Positions 43,377 to 56,880 of a stretch of DNA of 64,000 bases are shown one piece after another. Both the position numbers and the translations under genes were made by a program. The stretch covers positions 147,132 through 211,131 of the forward strand of contig NIVC01001398.1 in the NCBI GenBank assembly GCA_002269645.1, given 5' to 3'. Under the pieces are notes generated by a model. The model was not told the DNA's origin. It saw only the letters and a program-made list of their open reading frames with translations, and made no database searches. The stretch is from Macrostomum lignano (Eukaryota). Positions within the stretch are counted from its first letter, which is position 1. Each line of letters opens with the position of its first letter.

Positions 43377-45597
43377 ATGTTGTTCTTCACCTCAGACCAG
43401 TGCAGCGAGGCGGAGGTGAACCAGACGATGGAGCAGCACGATCACAGCTACCTCCGTGTTGAGCAGTCCAACAGTTTCGTCATCCTGCCCATATCACTGG
43501 TCGCCTTGCTGCTCAACTCGCTGTCTCTGGTCGTCTTTGCCAGACAGAAGTTCGACAACAAAGCTGTCCGATTCTCGCTGCTGTCCATCTCCAGCACCGA
43601 GGTCTGTCTGCAGCTGGCCCTGATCTCGGAGATCGCCATCGTCAAGAGCTACTTTGAGCACCGGCACAGCCCCGCCGCCTTTGCCGTCACCAGCTGCATC
43701 CATGTGGCAATTAACGCTCTGGTGTCCATCCGGAACTGGAATCTGCTGCTGATCAGCGCTGCACGGTGCGAGGTGAGGCACCTGGTTGGGTGTTTGATGA
43801 GCTCTATATTGTATCCCGGTAACTAGGCGCTGGAGTTCAGATCCCCTTGAAGATTTCAGATCCCCTTGTAGATTTCAGATCCCCTTGTGTATTTCAGATC
43901 CCCTTGTAGAGTTCAGATCCCCTTGTAGAGTTCAGATACCCTTGTAGAGTTCAGATCCCCTTGTAGATTTCAGATCCCCTTGTAGAGTTCAGATCCCCTT
44001 GTAGATTTCAGATCCCCTTGTAGAGTTCAGATCCCCTTGTATATTTCAGATCCCCTTGTAGATTTCAGATCCCCTTGTAGATTTCAGATCCCCTTGTAGA
44101 TTTCAGATCCCCTTGTAGATTTCAGATCCCCTTGTATATTTCAGATCCCCTTGTAGATTTCAGATCCCCTTGTAGATTTCAGATCCCCTTGTAGATTTCA
44201 GATCCCCTTGTAGATTTCAGATCCCCTTGTAGATTTCAGATCCCCTTGTAGATTTCAGATCCCCTTGTAGATTTCAGATCCCCTTGTAGAGTTCAGATCC
44301 CCTTGTAGATTTCAGATCCTCTTGTAGATTTCAGATCCCCTTGTAGATATCAGTTCCCCTTGTAGATATCAGTTCCCCTTGTAGATATCAGTTCCCCTTG
44401 TAGATATCAGTTCCCCTTGTAGATTTCAGATCCCCTTGTAGATATCAGTTCCCCTTGTAGAATTCAGATCCCTATGTCGATTTCAGATCCTCTTTTTATA
44501 CGCTGGCTTAGATGCATCATGCAAAAACAAGCTGCAGGAACTCTGGGGGTGCTCTGTTGGGCAGCTTTCATCATCCCGGCATCTCATCACCGGATGGGAA
44601 ATCGATAGGGGTGATGAGAGGGGCTCAGGATGGGAAGAAATGAGAATTTCTATTCATCAGCTCAGGATGTCCCTTCATCGGCAGTCACCTGACATCAATC
44701 TGACTAAAAAAAGTTATTAACAAATTCTTTGGACTAAATACCTTTGCTTTCAGCCAGATCAGCAAAGGAAATTAGGTGAGGCAGACGCGGTGTTATAAAT
44801 CCTCGGATTTCATTTTGCTCCGCAATTCTACAAAAAAATTGTTGCGTTGGCAGCAGTCGCAGCTCAGCTTTTCTCTATTGAAGTTTTTCAAATCAATAGT
44901 TTCTTGGCCTCGGTTTCGAAATTCATTCAGCCTCATAAAGAGGAAGTCCTATGGGAATAAAATCTCCCTAGTTACTGATTTGTGAGACTGACTGACTGAC
45001 TGACTGACTGACTGACTGACTGACTGACTGACTGACTGACTGACTGACTGACTGACTGACTGACTGACTGACTGACTGACTGACTGACTGACTGACTTGA
45101 GTGAGTGGGTGACTGACTGACTGACTGACTTGAGTGAGTGGGTGACTGACTGACTGACTGACTGACTGACTGACTGACTGACTGACTGACTGACTGACTG
45201 ACTGACTGACTGACTGACTGACTGACTGACTGACTGACTGACTGACTGACTGACTGACTGACTGACTGACTGACTGACTGACTGACTGACTGACTGACTG
45301 ACTGACTGACTGACTGACTGACTGACTGACTGACTGACTGACTGACTTGAGTGAGTGGGTGACTGACTGACTGACTGACTTGAGTGAGTGGGTGACTGAC
45401 TGACTGACTGACTGACTGACTGACTGACTGACTGACTGACTGACTGACTGACTGACTGACTGACTGACTGACTGACTGACTGACTGACTGACTGACTGAC
45501 TGACTGACTGACTGACTGACTGACTGACTGACTGACTGACTGACTGACTGACTGACTGACTGACTGACTGACTGACTGACTGACTGACTGACTGACT

Positions 45598-45648
<51 letters not shown>

Positions 45649-45806
45649 TGACTGACTGACTGACTGACTGACTGACTGACTGACTGACTGACTGACTGAC
45701 TGACTGACTGACTGACTGACTGACTGACTGACTGACTGACTGACTGACTGACTGACTGACTTGAGTGAGTGGGTGACTGACTGACTGACTGACTTGAGTG
45801 AGTGGG

Positions 45807-45846
<40 letters not shown>

Positions 45847-47368
45847 TGACTGACTGACTGACTGACTGACTGACTGACTGACTGACTGACTGACTGAATG
45901 CTGTTCTCCCGCCAATCCGCAGGTGGTGGCGAGGCCGCTCGCATCCCGGCGCTGCCTGATCTTCAGCCGCGGCCGCCTCGCCCTCGCCTTCGGCAGTATC
46001 ATCGTCCTCGCCTTCGCTCTGGCTTTGCTGGCCGCCCTGGCCGACAAGGGCGTGCTGTGCAGCAACTCGGCCGAGCTGCTGTCTGTTGAGAACGAGCTCA
46101 TGTCCGGCCGGCCCGGCCGCGTGTTCAAGGTTTGTCACCCTCACTGGGGAACTGGAGTACCTTTCCCTCCTGTGATAGGAAATATCTATCTGGAAATACC
46201 CATCTGGAAATACCCATCTGGAAATACCCATCTGGAAATACCCATCTGGAAATACCCATCTGGAAATACCCATCTGGAAATACCCATCTGGAAATACCCA
46301 TCTGGAAATACCCATCTGGAAATACCCATCTGGAAATACCCATCTGGAAATACCCATCTGGAAATACCCATCTGGAAACACCCATCTGGAAATACCCATC
46401 TGGAAATACCCATCTGGAAATACCCATCTGGAAATACGCATCTGAAAATACCCATCTGGAAAAACCCATCTGGAGATACACATCAGGAAATACCCATAAG
46501 GAAATACCCATCAGGAAATACCCATCTGGAAATACCCATCTTGAGATACACATATGGAAATATCCATCTGGAAATACACATATGGAAATATCCATCTGGA
46601 AATACCCATCTGGAGATACCCATCTGGAGATACCCATCTGGAAATATCCATCTGGAAATACCCATCTGGAAATACCAATCAGGAAATACCCATCTAACCG
46701 GGAAAGGCTCTAATTTACACCAATGTTATTCAACTCGCTCACCCACCCAGGTGCCCGGAGACTCCGTGGTGGTGATCAGATCCCTGCTGCAAACGAACTG
46801 GACCGAGTGGGCGATCTACGTGTTTCAATCCCTGATCCCAACCGTGCTAATTCCTTTCCCAACTGGGATCATGTGGGTCAGAATTCGCTGCCGCCAGCCT
46901 GCGCTGCCGCAGTCCGCTGATGAGCCAACCGAGGCGCCGGGCGACACAGGGAGAAGCCGTCACGCGGCGGTCAGGACGAAAATCGCGGGGGGATCGAAGC
47001 TGACCTCGCAGCGAGCCAGCCAGATGGTGCTGGGCCTGGCCATCCTGTTCTGCATCTGCGAGATCCCCACCTTCGTGTCCACCACTGTGCTGCTGCACCA
47101 CCCCGACCTGCCGGATCGGCTGCCGTTCCACCCGGACAGCGTCACGAACGTCCTGCTGGTCATCGACTCCGTGCTCAACTTCTTCGTCTACGCGGCTTCG
47201 TCGGCAAAGTTCCGGTCGGACTTGGCCGGCCGCTGCTGCTGCTGGTGCCGGCGGGATGAGCGGCTGCAGCAGCGACAGCAGCAGCAGCTCGGACTCCTGC
47301 CCGTGCAGCAGCTGGCGAGGTCGAGGTCTCCATCGCCGGCGAAGTCGCACGAGTCCTTGCGCGGCTGA
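43377..47368 (+). CDS. Divergent class A GPCR (FMRFamide/myosuppressin-receptor-like, orphan), 406 aa; exons 43377-43772, 45923-46129, 46751-47368
   Basis: Seven hydrophobic segments: TM1 ..ALLLNSLSLVVF, TM3 ..LLISAARCEV, TM6 ..VLGLAILFCICEIP, TM7 ..DSVLNFFVYAASSAKFR, then CCCWC. Phase-0 GT-AG introns. Confidence 0.85.
43835..44485. repeat. 19-bp minisatellite (TTTCAGATCCCCTTGTAGA), GPCR intron 1
   Basis: 19-nt period. Confidence 0.95.
44985..45897. repeat. (GACT)n with TTGAGTGAGTGGGT interruptions, ending ~25 nt before GPCR exon 2
   Basis: Same interruption motif as 31962-33125. Confidence 0.96.
46185..46695. repeat. 14-bp minisatellite (ATACCCATCTGGAA), GPCR intron 2
   Basis: 14-nt period. 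Confidence 0.95.
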
Positions 47369-47754
47369 CTCTCGCGCCACAAACCCTTGTCGGCCAGCTT
47401 CCCAAGACATGCCGGATGGCCAGCCTGGCGATTAGAAAGTCAGCCTCGCAGTACAGCGCTGCTTGTTTGGGACGATGCCGCTAAAGGAGAGACGAAGTAA
47501 GAGCATAAGCAATCCATCCATAATATTCCATTACCAACGTCACAAGTGACAAGTTATCAAGAGCTTTCACCACGAAATTTTCTCGAATTTTAATTGCATA
47601 CACTTTTGCTGCATTTGTTATTGGCCCATTGTAAATGTGCCGCTGTGCGTGTGTGATGCAACACTGCAATGCTATTTAAGACATGATTATTATCCAAAGA
47701 TATTAGCTCCACCCATCACCCCTCCATTATCCCTTTCAACTCCCCTCTGCCACC

Positions 47755-48115
47755 CCTCCGACACCCCTCCGACATCCCTCCGACACCCCTCCGACACCAC
47801 TCCGACATCCCTCCGACACCCCTCCGACACCACTCCGACACCCCTCCGACACCCCCGGACACCCTTCCGACACCCCTCCGACACACTTCCGACACCACTC
47901 CGACACCCCTCCGACACCCCCGGACACCCTTCCGACACCCCTCCGACACACTTCCGACACCACTCCGACACCCCTCCGACACCCCCGGACACCCTTCCGA
48001 CACCCCTCCGACACCCTTCCGACACCCCTCCGACACCCCTACGACATCCTTGCATCGCCCCTCCGACAGCCCTCCGACATCTCTCCGACAGCTCTCCGAC
48101 TACCCCCCCCCGACA
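47755..48115. repeat. ~11-bp minisatellite (CCGACACCCCT)
   Basis: Directly visible. Confidence 0.9.
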
Positions 48116-48614
48116 CCCCACTATGCAAAAACTGCATCCTCGGGGGCCTCACCTTTACTAATTAGTTTTTTCCCTCATTTTAAATCCTACCAGCACAGCG
48201 TTAATCCTGTTTGCTCTCTCACCCTCTAGGAGCAGTCAAACTCTGCAGCAGAAGAATTTCCTGTCGCAATCTCGCTTCAACACGAATTTGCTTTTCTCTG
48301 CAATTGAATTTTCTCGCGTTTTCGAAGCTCAACTTGAGCAACTGCAGTTGCTGTGGGCTCAAAAGGAACTCGAAAAATTGCTTGCACTATCTTTGCTATG
48401 TACCGAATTCCGTTTGCTTCTTTTGCATGATGTCCACTGTTCATTATCAAATACATTGAAAATATTTGTTCTGAACTTACCTATGGGTTTTTATTTCCGT
48501 CACAGTTTGTCACAGTCTGTGAGAAGCATGTAAACAGTGCATTTTTAAACGTTGCTGCATATGAAATGAAACAAATGGAACGCAAGCAGAAGCAGAAACA
48601 TTTCCAACAGAAGT

Positions 48615-50430
48615 TAAACAGAAATAGAAACAGAAACAGAAACAGAAACAGAAACAGAAACAGGAACAGAAATAGAAACAGAAATAAAAAACAGAAACAG
48701 AAACAGAAACAGAAACAGAAACAGAAACAGAAACAGAAACAGAAACAGAAATAGAAACAGAAACAGAAACAGAAACAGAAACAGAAATAGAAACAGAAAC
48801 AGAAATAGAAACAGAAACAGAAACAGAAACAGAAATAGAAACAGAAACAGAAATAGAAATAGAAACAGAAACAGAAATAGAAACAGAAACAGAAATAGAA
48901 ATAGAAATAGAAACAGAAATAGAAACAGAAACAGAAACAGAAACAGAAATAGAAATAGAAATAGAAACAGAAACAGAAACAGAAACAGAAACAGAAATAG
49001 AAACAGAAACAGAAATAGAAATAGAAACAGAAATAGAAATAGAAACAGAAACAGAAATAGAAACAGAAACAGAAATAGAAATAGAAACAGAAACAGAAAT
49101 AGAAACAGAAACAGAAATAGAAATAGAAATAGAAACAGAAATAGAAACAGAAACAGAAACAGAAACAGAAATAGAAATAGAAATAGAAATAGAAACAGAA
49201 ACAGAAACAGAAACAGAAATAGAAACAGAAACAGAAATAAAATAGAAACAGAAACAGAAATAGAAATAGAAACAGAAATAGAAATAGAAACAGAAACAGA
49301 AACAGAAACAGAAACAGAAATAGAAACAGAAACAGAAATAGAAACAGAAACAGAAACAGAAACAGAAATAGAAACAGAAACAGAAATAGAAATAGAAACA
49401 GAAACAGAAATAGAAACAGAAACAGAAATAGAAATAGAAATAGAAACAGAAATAGAAACAGAAACAGAAACAGAAACAGAAATAGAAATAGAAATAGAAA
49501 CAGAAACAGAAACAGAAACAGAAACAGAAATAGAAACAGAAACAGAAATAAAATAGAAACAGAAATAGAAATAGAAACAGAAACAGAAATAGAAACAGAA
49601 ACAGAAACAGAAACAGAAACAGAAATAGAAATAGAAATAGAAACAGAAATAGAAACAGAAACAGAAACAGAAACAGAAACAGAAATAGAAACAGAAACAG
49701 AAATAGAAATAGAAACAGAAACAGAAATAAAAACAGAAACAGAAACAGAAACAGAAACAGAAACAGAAACAGAAACAGAAACAGAAACAGAAACAGAAAC
49801 AGAAACAGAAATAGAAACAGAAACAGAAACAGAAACAGAAACAGATGCAGAAACAGAAACAGAAACAGAAACAGAAACAGAAATAGAAACAGAAACAGAA
49901 ATAGAAACAGAAACAGAAATAGAAACAGAAACAGAAGCAGAAATAGAAATAGAAACAGAAACAGAAACAGAAACAGAAACAGAAACAGAAACAGAAACAG
50001 AAACAGAAACAGAAACAGAAACAGAAATAGAAACAGAAACAGAAACAGAAATAGAAACAGAAACAGAAACAGAAACAGAAACAGAAACAGAAACAGAAAC
50101 AGAAACAGAAATAGAAACAGAAATAGAAACAGAAACAGAAATAGAAACAGAAACAGAAACAGAAACAGAAGCAGAAACAGAAACAGAAACAGAAACAGAA
50201 ACAGAAACAGAAACAGAAACAGAAACAGAAACAGAAACAGAAACAGAAACAGAAACAGAAATAGAAACAGAAACAGAAACAGAAACAGAAACAGAAACAG
50301 AAACAGAAACAGAAACAGAAACAGAAACAGAAACAGAAACAGAAACAGAAATAGAAACAGAAACAGAAATAGAAACAGAAACAGAAATAGAAACAGAAAA
50401 AGCAATAGAAACAGAAACAGATGCAGAAAC
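48615..50430. repeat. (AGAAAC/AGAAAT)n hexanucleotide satellite, ~1.8 kb
   Basis: Directly visible. Confidence 0.98.
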
Positions 50431-51054
50431 AGACAGAAGAAAGCACAGCGGGGCGGGGTATTATAGTTTCATATGTGCTCATATCTTACTGCAGCCCAGC
50501 TCTCTTTCCAATTTGCTTTGACGTGATGCGCAGAGCTGCTGGCCAAAACTGAAATCATCCATACAGACTCCATCCGTCCAAATGCCATCCAGACTCGCCG
50601 TCGGAGACAGCCGCTTAGCCCAGTCAAATGCAGCTGCGATTTCGAAAATTCACATCATCAGGGCACCGCCAGGCATCTGGCCAGCGGGTTGGGAAGCAAG
50701 GGGCTCGGAAGGAGCGCCAGAGCCTACCCTGCAATTTCCCGCCAAAGATTCCCACCCTCTGATAACGGAGCAGCCGGCCTTCTCTATGCAAATGCGCGAA
50801 TCTGTTTTATTTGACGTGTTTTTTGAAGTGTCACTTTTTGCTGCTCCTGGAGAGCCTGAGATTCACCCTGTCATTATGTTTTACCTGTCCCAGCCCTACA
50901 ATTAATTATCACTGCCTTGCTTACGGCAGCCTGCGTATTAGCAATCTACTCATCTATCTTACCTATCTACGAACTACGAGAGGTATGGGTATGGGTCATT
51001 ACCTTTTGGACACCCCAATACTAATCTGCCTTACATTCTACCCATCTATCTAAT

Positions 51055-51440
51055 ACTCGAATCATCTACCTACCAATCTTAGCTGTACCAATCTCTCCAT
51101 CTGCCTACTAATTTTACCTATCTACATTACCTATCTATCTATCTATCTACCTACCAATTTACCCATCTACCTATCAATCTACCTATCTACCTACCAATCT
51201 TAGCTGTACCAATCTATCCATCTGCCTACTAATTTTACCTATCTACATTACCTATCTATCTACCTATCTACCTACCAACTTTACCCATCTACCTATCAAT
51301 CTACCTGTCTACCTACCAATATACCCATCTACGAGCCGTGCCTATCAATATTACCCATCTACCTACCAATCTACCAATCTACCTATCAATCTACCTATCT
51401 ACCTACCAATCCACCTATCTACCTACCAATCTACCAATCT
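51055..51440. repeat. Degenerate (TACC/TATC/CAATC) satellite
   Basis: Low-complexity tandem structure. Confidence 0.8.
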
Positions 51441-52319
51441 ACAAAAACAATCATTCTACTAGTAATATTACCGAGTCTCCCTTCTCCCATGTACTTGAAA
51501 TCTAATAAATTGACCCAATATGTGTTTGACCCAATCGGTAATTATGATTAGATCCAAGCGTTGCCAAGCAGGAGTGCAAGTGCGTCAGGGAATAAGCCAG
51601 TACTATCAGATCCGATCAACCAAGACAGGAATTACGAGTTGGGAAATGAGGTTGGGAATTAGGATCTGAGTCTGCGCTGCCTTCGTCCTCTAACTCAGGT
51701 TTTTGCGGAGCTGTCAGGATAGAGGCTGTCCACTGTCCCCGGGGATCATGAGTACGAGTACACGGTTTATTAAGATTCACACTTCATAGGGATATTATAA
51801 ATCATCCAGTCTGCCTCATACAGTTCGATAAGCTATTGGGTCGATTTTTGCTCTGTCACACCTTGTCTGGTTATTAGTGTCCATTTTTTTAGTTTGAGTT
51901 CGTGACAAAAAGTCTGGGAGAAGGAGGGGCGAACTGGCTGCTAAAGTATGAATGATGAAAGATGAAGCCTAGGGATGCTGGAGACTGTTTTGCTTTGGCG
52001 CACAGCAGTGGTCTTGTAGCATAAACACTTGAGCAGTTGGAGAGGCTCCCCGGCCTGAGCTGTGCCGTCTCTCTTTCTCTCTCTCCCTGCCCAGCTGCTG
52101 TCTCTCTCAGGCAGTTTTGGCTAATTTATTCAACTGCCAGAACTAAATAATTTGCTCTTGTTCAGCTGCTCTTTGTTAGCGCATTCTCTAAAGCTTAACG
52201 AATTATTAAATTGTATGGGATTTTTGTGATTCTAAAATGTTCTTTCTCACTGCAGGTTAACCAGTAGATTTTTACAAAATGCTTCTTTAACTTTTGAGCT
52301 GGGTTCATCGCCTCAGCTG

Positions 52320-52570
52320 GAGGGTGAGGAGGGTAGGAGAAGGGAGGGTAGGAGAGGGGAATGTAGGAGAGGGGAGGGTAGGAGAGGGGAATGTAGGAGA
52401 GGGGAGGGTAGGAGAGTGGAGGGTAGGAGAGGGAGAGTAAAAGAGAGGGGAGGGCAGGAGAGGGGAGGGAAAAGGAGAGGGGAGGATAGGAGATTGGAGG
52501 ATAGGAGATTGGAGGATAGGAGATTGGAGGATAGGAGATTGGAGGATAGGAGATTGGAGGATAGGAGAGA
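52320..52570. repeat. Purine-rich 15-bp repeats (GGGTAGGAGAGGGGA, GGATAGGAGATTGGA)
   Basis: Directly visible. Confidence 0.85.
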
Positions 52571-53114
52571 GGTGCAGTGTCAGGGCGCAGGGAAGAGAGA
52601 GTGAGGACAAGGTGAGTGAGATGGCTCACAGATTGGAGACGAGATAGCCGCCAGTGAAGAGTTGCGACATGGCAAGAATGAAGCGCAGTGCCTGTATGAA
52701 GATGACTGCCGAATGGTCAGAGAAAAGAGGGAGGCAGGAATATACGAAAGAAGCAACAGGTGAGAATGTGAGCACAATGAATGGACAAAGCAAACGGGAG
52801 AGGCCGGTGGCTTGGCAATCTGCATCTGAGTTTAATGTTTCATAAACACTTTTGTGCCAGTCTTCACTTTATGCAGCGGGTCATTAGGGCTGTTTGCAGT
52901 GAACCAGTGCTCAGTTAATGTGCTTTTTTACAGCGAGCGGCGCTTATTATGAATTTTTTTGCACAACCAATTAGAGTTTACACCGGAGAGAAAAAAGTAT
53001 ATATTGTTTGGCATCAAATGCTTTGAGGTCTCTCTCTGCAGAGTCAAGAATAAATCTGCTGCCTCACCATTGGCGTTTCACGGCAGGTGAAGACGCTTAA
53101 TCAGATAATTTGAT

Positions 53115-55878
53115 ATGCCTGTCACGGTGAAGGATGTGCAGAAGGTGAGAGAGAGAGAGATTGACAGGTGCTGCAATTTTCTGGTCAATGATTCTCATGA
53201 TTCACCAGCCACCAGTCCCCTTTTCATGTTCTTTTCATGTATTACCAGCCCTTCTTTTTATATTCTTGTCATGTGCTATAAGTCCTCATATTCTTGTCAT
53301 GTGCTACCAGTCCTTCTTTTTATGTTCTTGTCATGTGCTATAAGTCCTCATATTCTTGTCATGTGCTACCAGTCCTTCTTTTTATGTTCTTGTCATGTGC
53401 TATAAGTCCTCATATTCTTGTCATGTGCTACCAGTCCTTCTTTTTATGTTCTTGTCATGTGCTATAAGTCCTCATATTCTTGTCATGTGCTACCAGTCCT
53501 TCTTTTTATGTTCTTGTCATGTGCTATAAGTCCTCATATTCTTGTCATGTGCTACCAGTCCTTCTCATATTCTTGTCATGTGCTACCAGCCCTTCTCATA
53601 TTCTTGTCATGTGCTACCAGCCCTTCTCATATTCTTGTCATGTGCTACCAGTCCTTCTCATATTCTTGTCATGTGCTACCAGTCCTTCTCATATTCTTGT
53701 CATGTGCTACCAGCCCTTCTCATATTCTTGTCATGTGCTACCAGTCCTTCTCATATTCTTGTCATGTGCTACCAGTCCTTCTCATATTCTTGTCATGTGC
53801 TACCAGCCCTTCTCATATTCTTGTCATGTGCTACCAGTCCTCCTTTTTATGCTCTTGTCATGTGCTACCAACCCTTCTCATATTCTTGTCATGTGCTACC
53901 AGCCCTTCTCATATTCTTGTCATGTGCTACCAGCCCTTCTCATATTCTTGTCATGTGCTACCAGTCCTCCTTTTTATGCTCTTGTCATGTGCTACCAACC
54001 CTTCTCATATTCTTGTCATGTGCTACCAGCCCTTCTCATATTCTTGTCATGTGCTACCAGCCCTTCTCATATTCTTGTCATGTGCTACCAGCCCTTCTCA
54101 TATTCTTGTCATGTGCTACCAGTCCTCCTTTTTATGCTCTTGTCATGTGCTACCAACCCTTCTCATATTCTTGTCATGTGCTACCAGCCCTTCTCATATT
54201 CTTGTCATGTGCTACCAGCCCTTCTCATATTCTTGTCATGTGCTACCAGTCCTTCTCATATTCTTGTCATGTGCTACCAGTCCTTCTCATATTCTTGTCA
54301 TGTGCTACCAGCCCTTCTCATATTCTTGTCATGTGCTACCAGCCCTTCTCATATTCTTGTCATGTGCTACCAGTCCTCCTTTTTATGTTCTTGTCATGTG
54401 CTACGAGTCCTTCTCATATTCTTGTCATGTGCTACCAGTCCTTCTCATGTTCCTGTCACGTGACTGAGTTGTTGTCAATCAACCAAAACCTTCAATTTCA
54501 GCGCCTGAAGCACGGCGGCAAACTGCACAACTGCACAGCCCAGACCACCCGCTTTGAGCTGCCCTTCGACTTGAAGCGGCTGGAAGGTGAGGCGTCCGCT
54601 AGAATGTGGGACTTCGGAGAGGCACTGGGAACCTGCATCTCATTCCCTCATCTCAGTCCTTCATCTCATTCTCTCATCGCATTCCCTCATCGCATTCCCT
54701 CATCGCATTCCCTCATCTCAGTTCCTCATCTCGCATTCCTTCATCTCAGTCCTTCATCTCACGGCCTCTCATCGCATTCCCTCATCTCAGTTCCTCATCT
54801 CGCATTCCTTCATCTCAGTCCTTCATCTCACGGCCTCTCATCTCAGTCCCTCATCTCAGTCCCTCATCTCAGTCTCTCATCTCAGTCCCTCATCTCACAG
54901 TCCCTTATCTCGCAGTTCTTCATCTCAGTCTTTCATCTGAGTCCCTACTCTCACAGAGCAGCTTTCCCCACTCTTAAAAGCTAACAAACTGTGATTGACA
55001 GCTCCGATTTCTAAGGCAGATCTCCCTGCGCAACCTGACCGTCTCTTCGGCAAGCTTTAACGGTTGACTGAGTAGCAGAAAACAGCATTCGAATCGAATT
55101 TTGCGGTCACAAAGCTCTGGAGCTGACTGGGGCTGACTAGAACTGCACTTTCAAGCATATCGTATTTCACGTTCCACTGAAGCCAAGCGGTCTCTAGATG
55201 TATGCGCATAAATTAGAGGGAGGGAATCAGGAAACGATTACTTTTTAGTCCTAAAAAATTCAGGTACTTGATGAAAAAACTGCTCTCTCTCTCTCTGCGT
55301 TTTTACCATTTGCTAGAAATACTCAGCGTGGTAAAAAATTCTCAGTATTCTACTAAATTCTCTCATCAGTAGTGTGGAACGAAAAAGTAGCCATTTCTAT
55401 GTTTATCGCAAAACATTGCCAATCAGGCTTGGACGCCAAGGACTACCTGCGCCAGTACGCCGTGGTGTCCAACAACCGTATCGTGCTGTACCAGCGGCTA
55501 TTCCAGAAGTTTCGCAATCTGACAACCAACCTGATCGAGTCCAGGGAGCTGGACAAGTGCATCGGCGACCTGCTGATCGAGGGCAACGTCCCCCGGGACC
55601 GGCTGGCTCAGCTCCGGGACCTGACTGGCACCGCTGATCTCGAGCAGCTCGAGCCACAGCTATTCTACGCGTTCTGCGCCGTTGTTGAAAGGCTGGTCGC
55701 TGGCAAGTCGGCCGGCGCCTGTGGCGGCACACGAAAAGGGAGTACACAGAAACGACTAGGCGATTTGGAAGAGTGCCGGCGGCAGGCGCTGGAATCAGCG
55801 GACTTTGCTGGCCTGCAGTACAAGCTGCGCGATGTCAACCTCAAGGAAGGACTGGCGCGGCTGCTGGCTGCCTTGTGA
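53115..55878 (+). CDS. Uncharacterised 188-aa protein; exons 53115-53144, 54502-54586, 55427-55878
   Basis: MPVTVKDVQK|RLKHGGKLHNCTAQTTRFELPFDLKRLE|GLDAKDYLRQYAVVS...ESADFAGLQYKL...LARLLAAL*. GT-AG junctions are in phase (567 nt) with exon-like GC3 bias. Family not recognised with certainty. Confidence 0.8.
53205..54450. repeat. 31-bp minisatellite (TTCTTGTCATGTGCTACCAGCCCTTCTCATA), ~40 copies
   Basis: 31-nt period; fills intron 53145-54501. Confidence 0.96.
54635..54950. repeat. ~13-bp minisatellite (TCTCAGTCCCTCA)
   Basis: In intron 54587-55426. Confidence 0.85.
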
Positions 55879-55894
55879 CCCGGGGGTGTCGGGC

Positions 55895-56205
55895 GGAGTG
55901 ATGCGGGTGCCTAGCCATAGACTGGGTTGGCATAGCGGAGTGAGGTGGGTGTATGGCCATAGATTGGGTTGGCGGAGCGGAGTGAGGTGGATGTATAGCT
56001 ATAGACTGGGTTGGAGAGCGGAGTGAGGTGGGTGTCTAGCCATAGACTGGGTTAGCGGAGCGGAGTGAGGTGGGTTCCTAGCCATAGACGGGGTTAGCGG
56101 AGCGGAGTGAGGTGGGTTCCTAGCCATAGACTGGGTTGGCGAAGCGGAGTGAGGTGGGCGTATAAACATAGACTGGGTTGGCGAAGCGAAGTGAGGTGGG
56201 TGTGC
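55895..56205. repeat. ~41-bp minisatellite (GCCATAGACTGGGTTGGCGGAGCGGAGTGAGGTGGGTGTATA)
   Basis: About 7 copies starting just after the stop codon. Confidence 0.9.
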
Positions 56206-56714
56206 AGCTAATTTTGATTAATTCAGGCATGTTACTATTAACTTTTTCAGTATTTATTTTTTTCAGTGAATTTCTGCAGCAAACTACTTCTGGTTGCGTC
56301 AATTACCTCGGTGCAGATGTTGCTCTTAATTTTTATTGAATTAAACCTACATGTGGTGTCTATTGTTGGATTTTATCGACGCTGGGTTTAATTTACAGAT
56401 AGCTATTATCGTATAAGTTGTAAATAAACGTCAATTTATTATTATCTTAAAGCATTCGAGAACAATGCATTACACAAAGTACGAGCGTATGTGTTGGCGA
56501 TAATAAAATGTATTAATTTTGGTTGTTGTACTTGCGTGAAAGAGAAACACAGCAGCCGCTTACGCATATGCTTTAAAAACTATTGAAACTTGTATTTCTG
56601 AAGCTGAAGATGACCTCTTCGAATCCTTTCTTTTCTAGGAATCTTTCTAACTCGAACCTTTCATAATAGCATCTTCGAATCTTTCCTATGACCCGATTAA
56701 ATATTTTCTAAAGA

Positions 56715-56880
56715 ACTTCTTCTAATGCATCCTATACTCCCTCTTCTAATGCATCCTATGCCTTCTTCTAATGCATCCTATGCCCTCTTCTAATGCGTCC
56801 TATGCCCTCTTCTAATGCGTCCTATGCCCTCTTCTAATGCATCCTATGCCTTCTTCTAATGCATCCTACGCCCTCTTCTA
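56715..56880. repeat. 22-bp minisatellite (CTTCTAATGCATCCTATGCCCT)
   Basis: About 7 copies. Confidence 0.9.

Noticed and set aside
48510-50482. 631-aa and 622-aa minus-strand ORFs
   Set aside because: Translation of the (AGAAAC)n hexamer, which is stop-free by composition.
53418-54984. Cys-rich 327-480 aa ORFs in all three frames
   Set aside because: A stop-free 31-bp unit inside an intron whose length (1357 nt) is not a multiple of 3.
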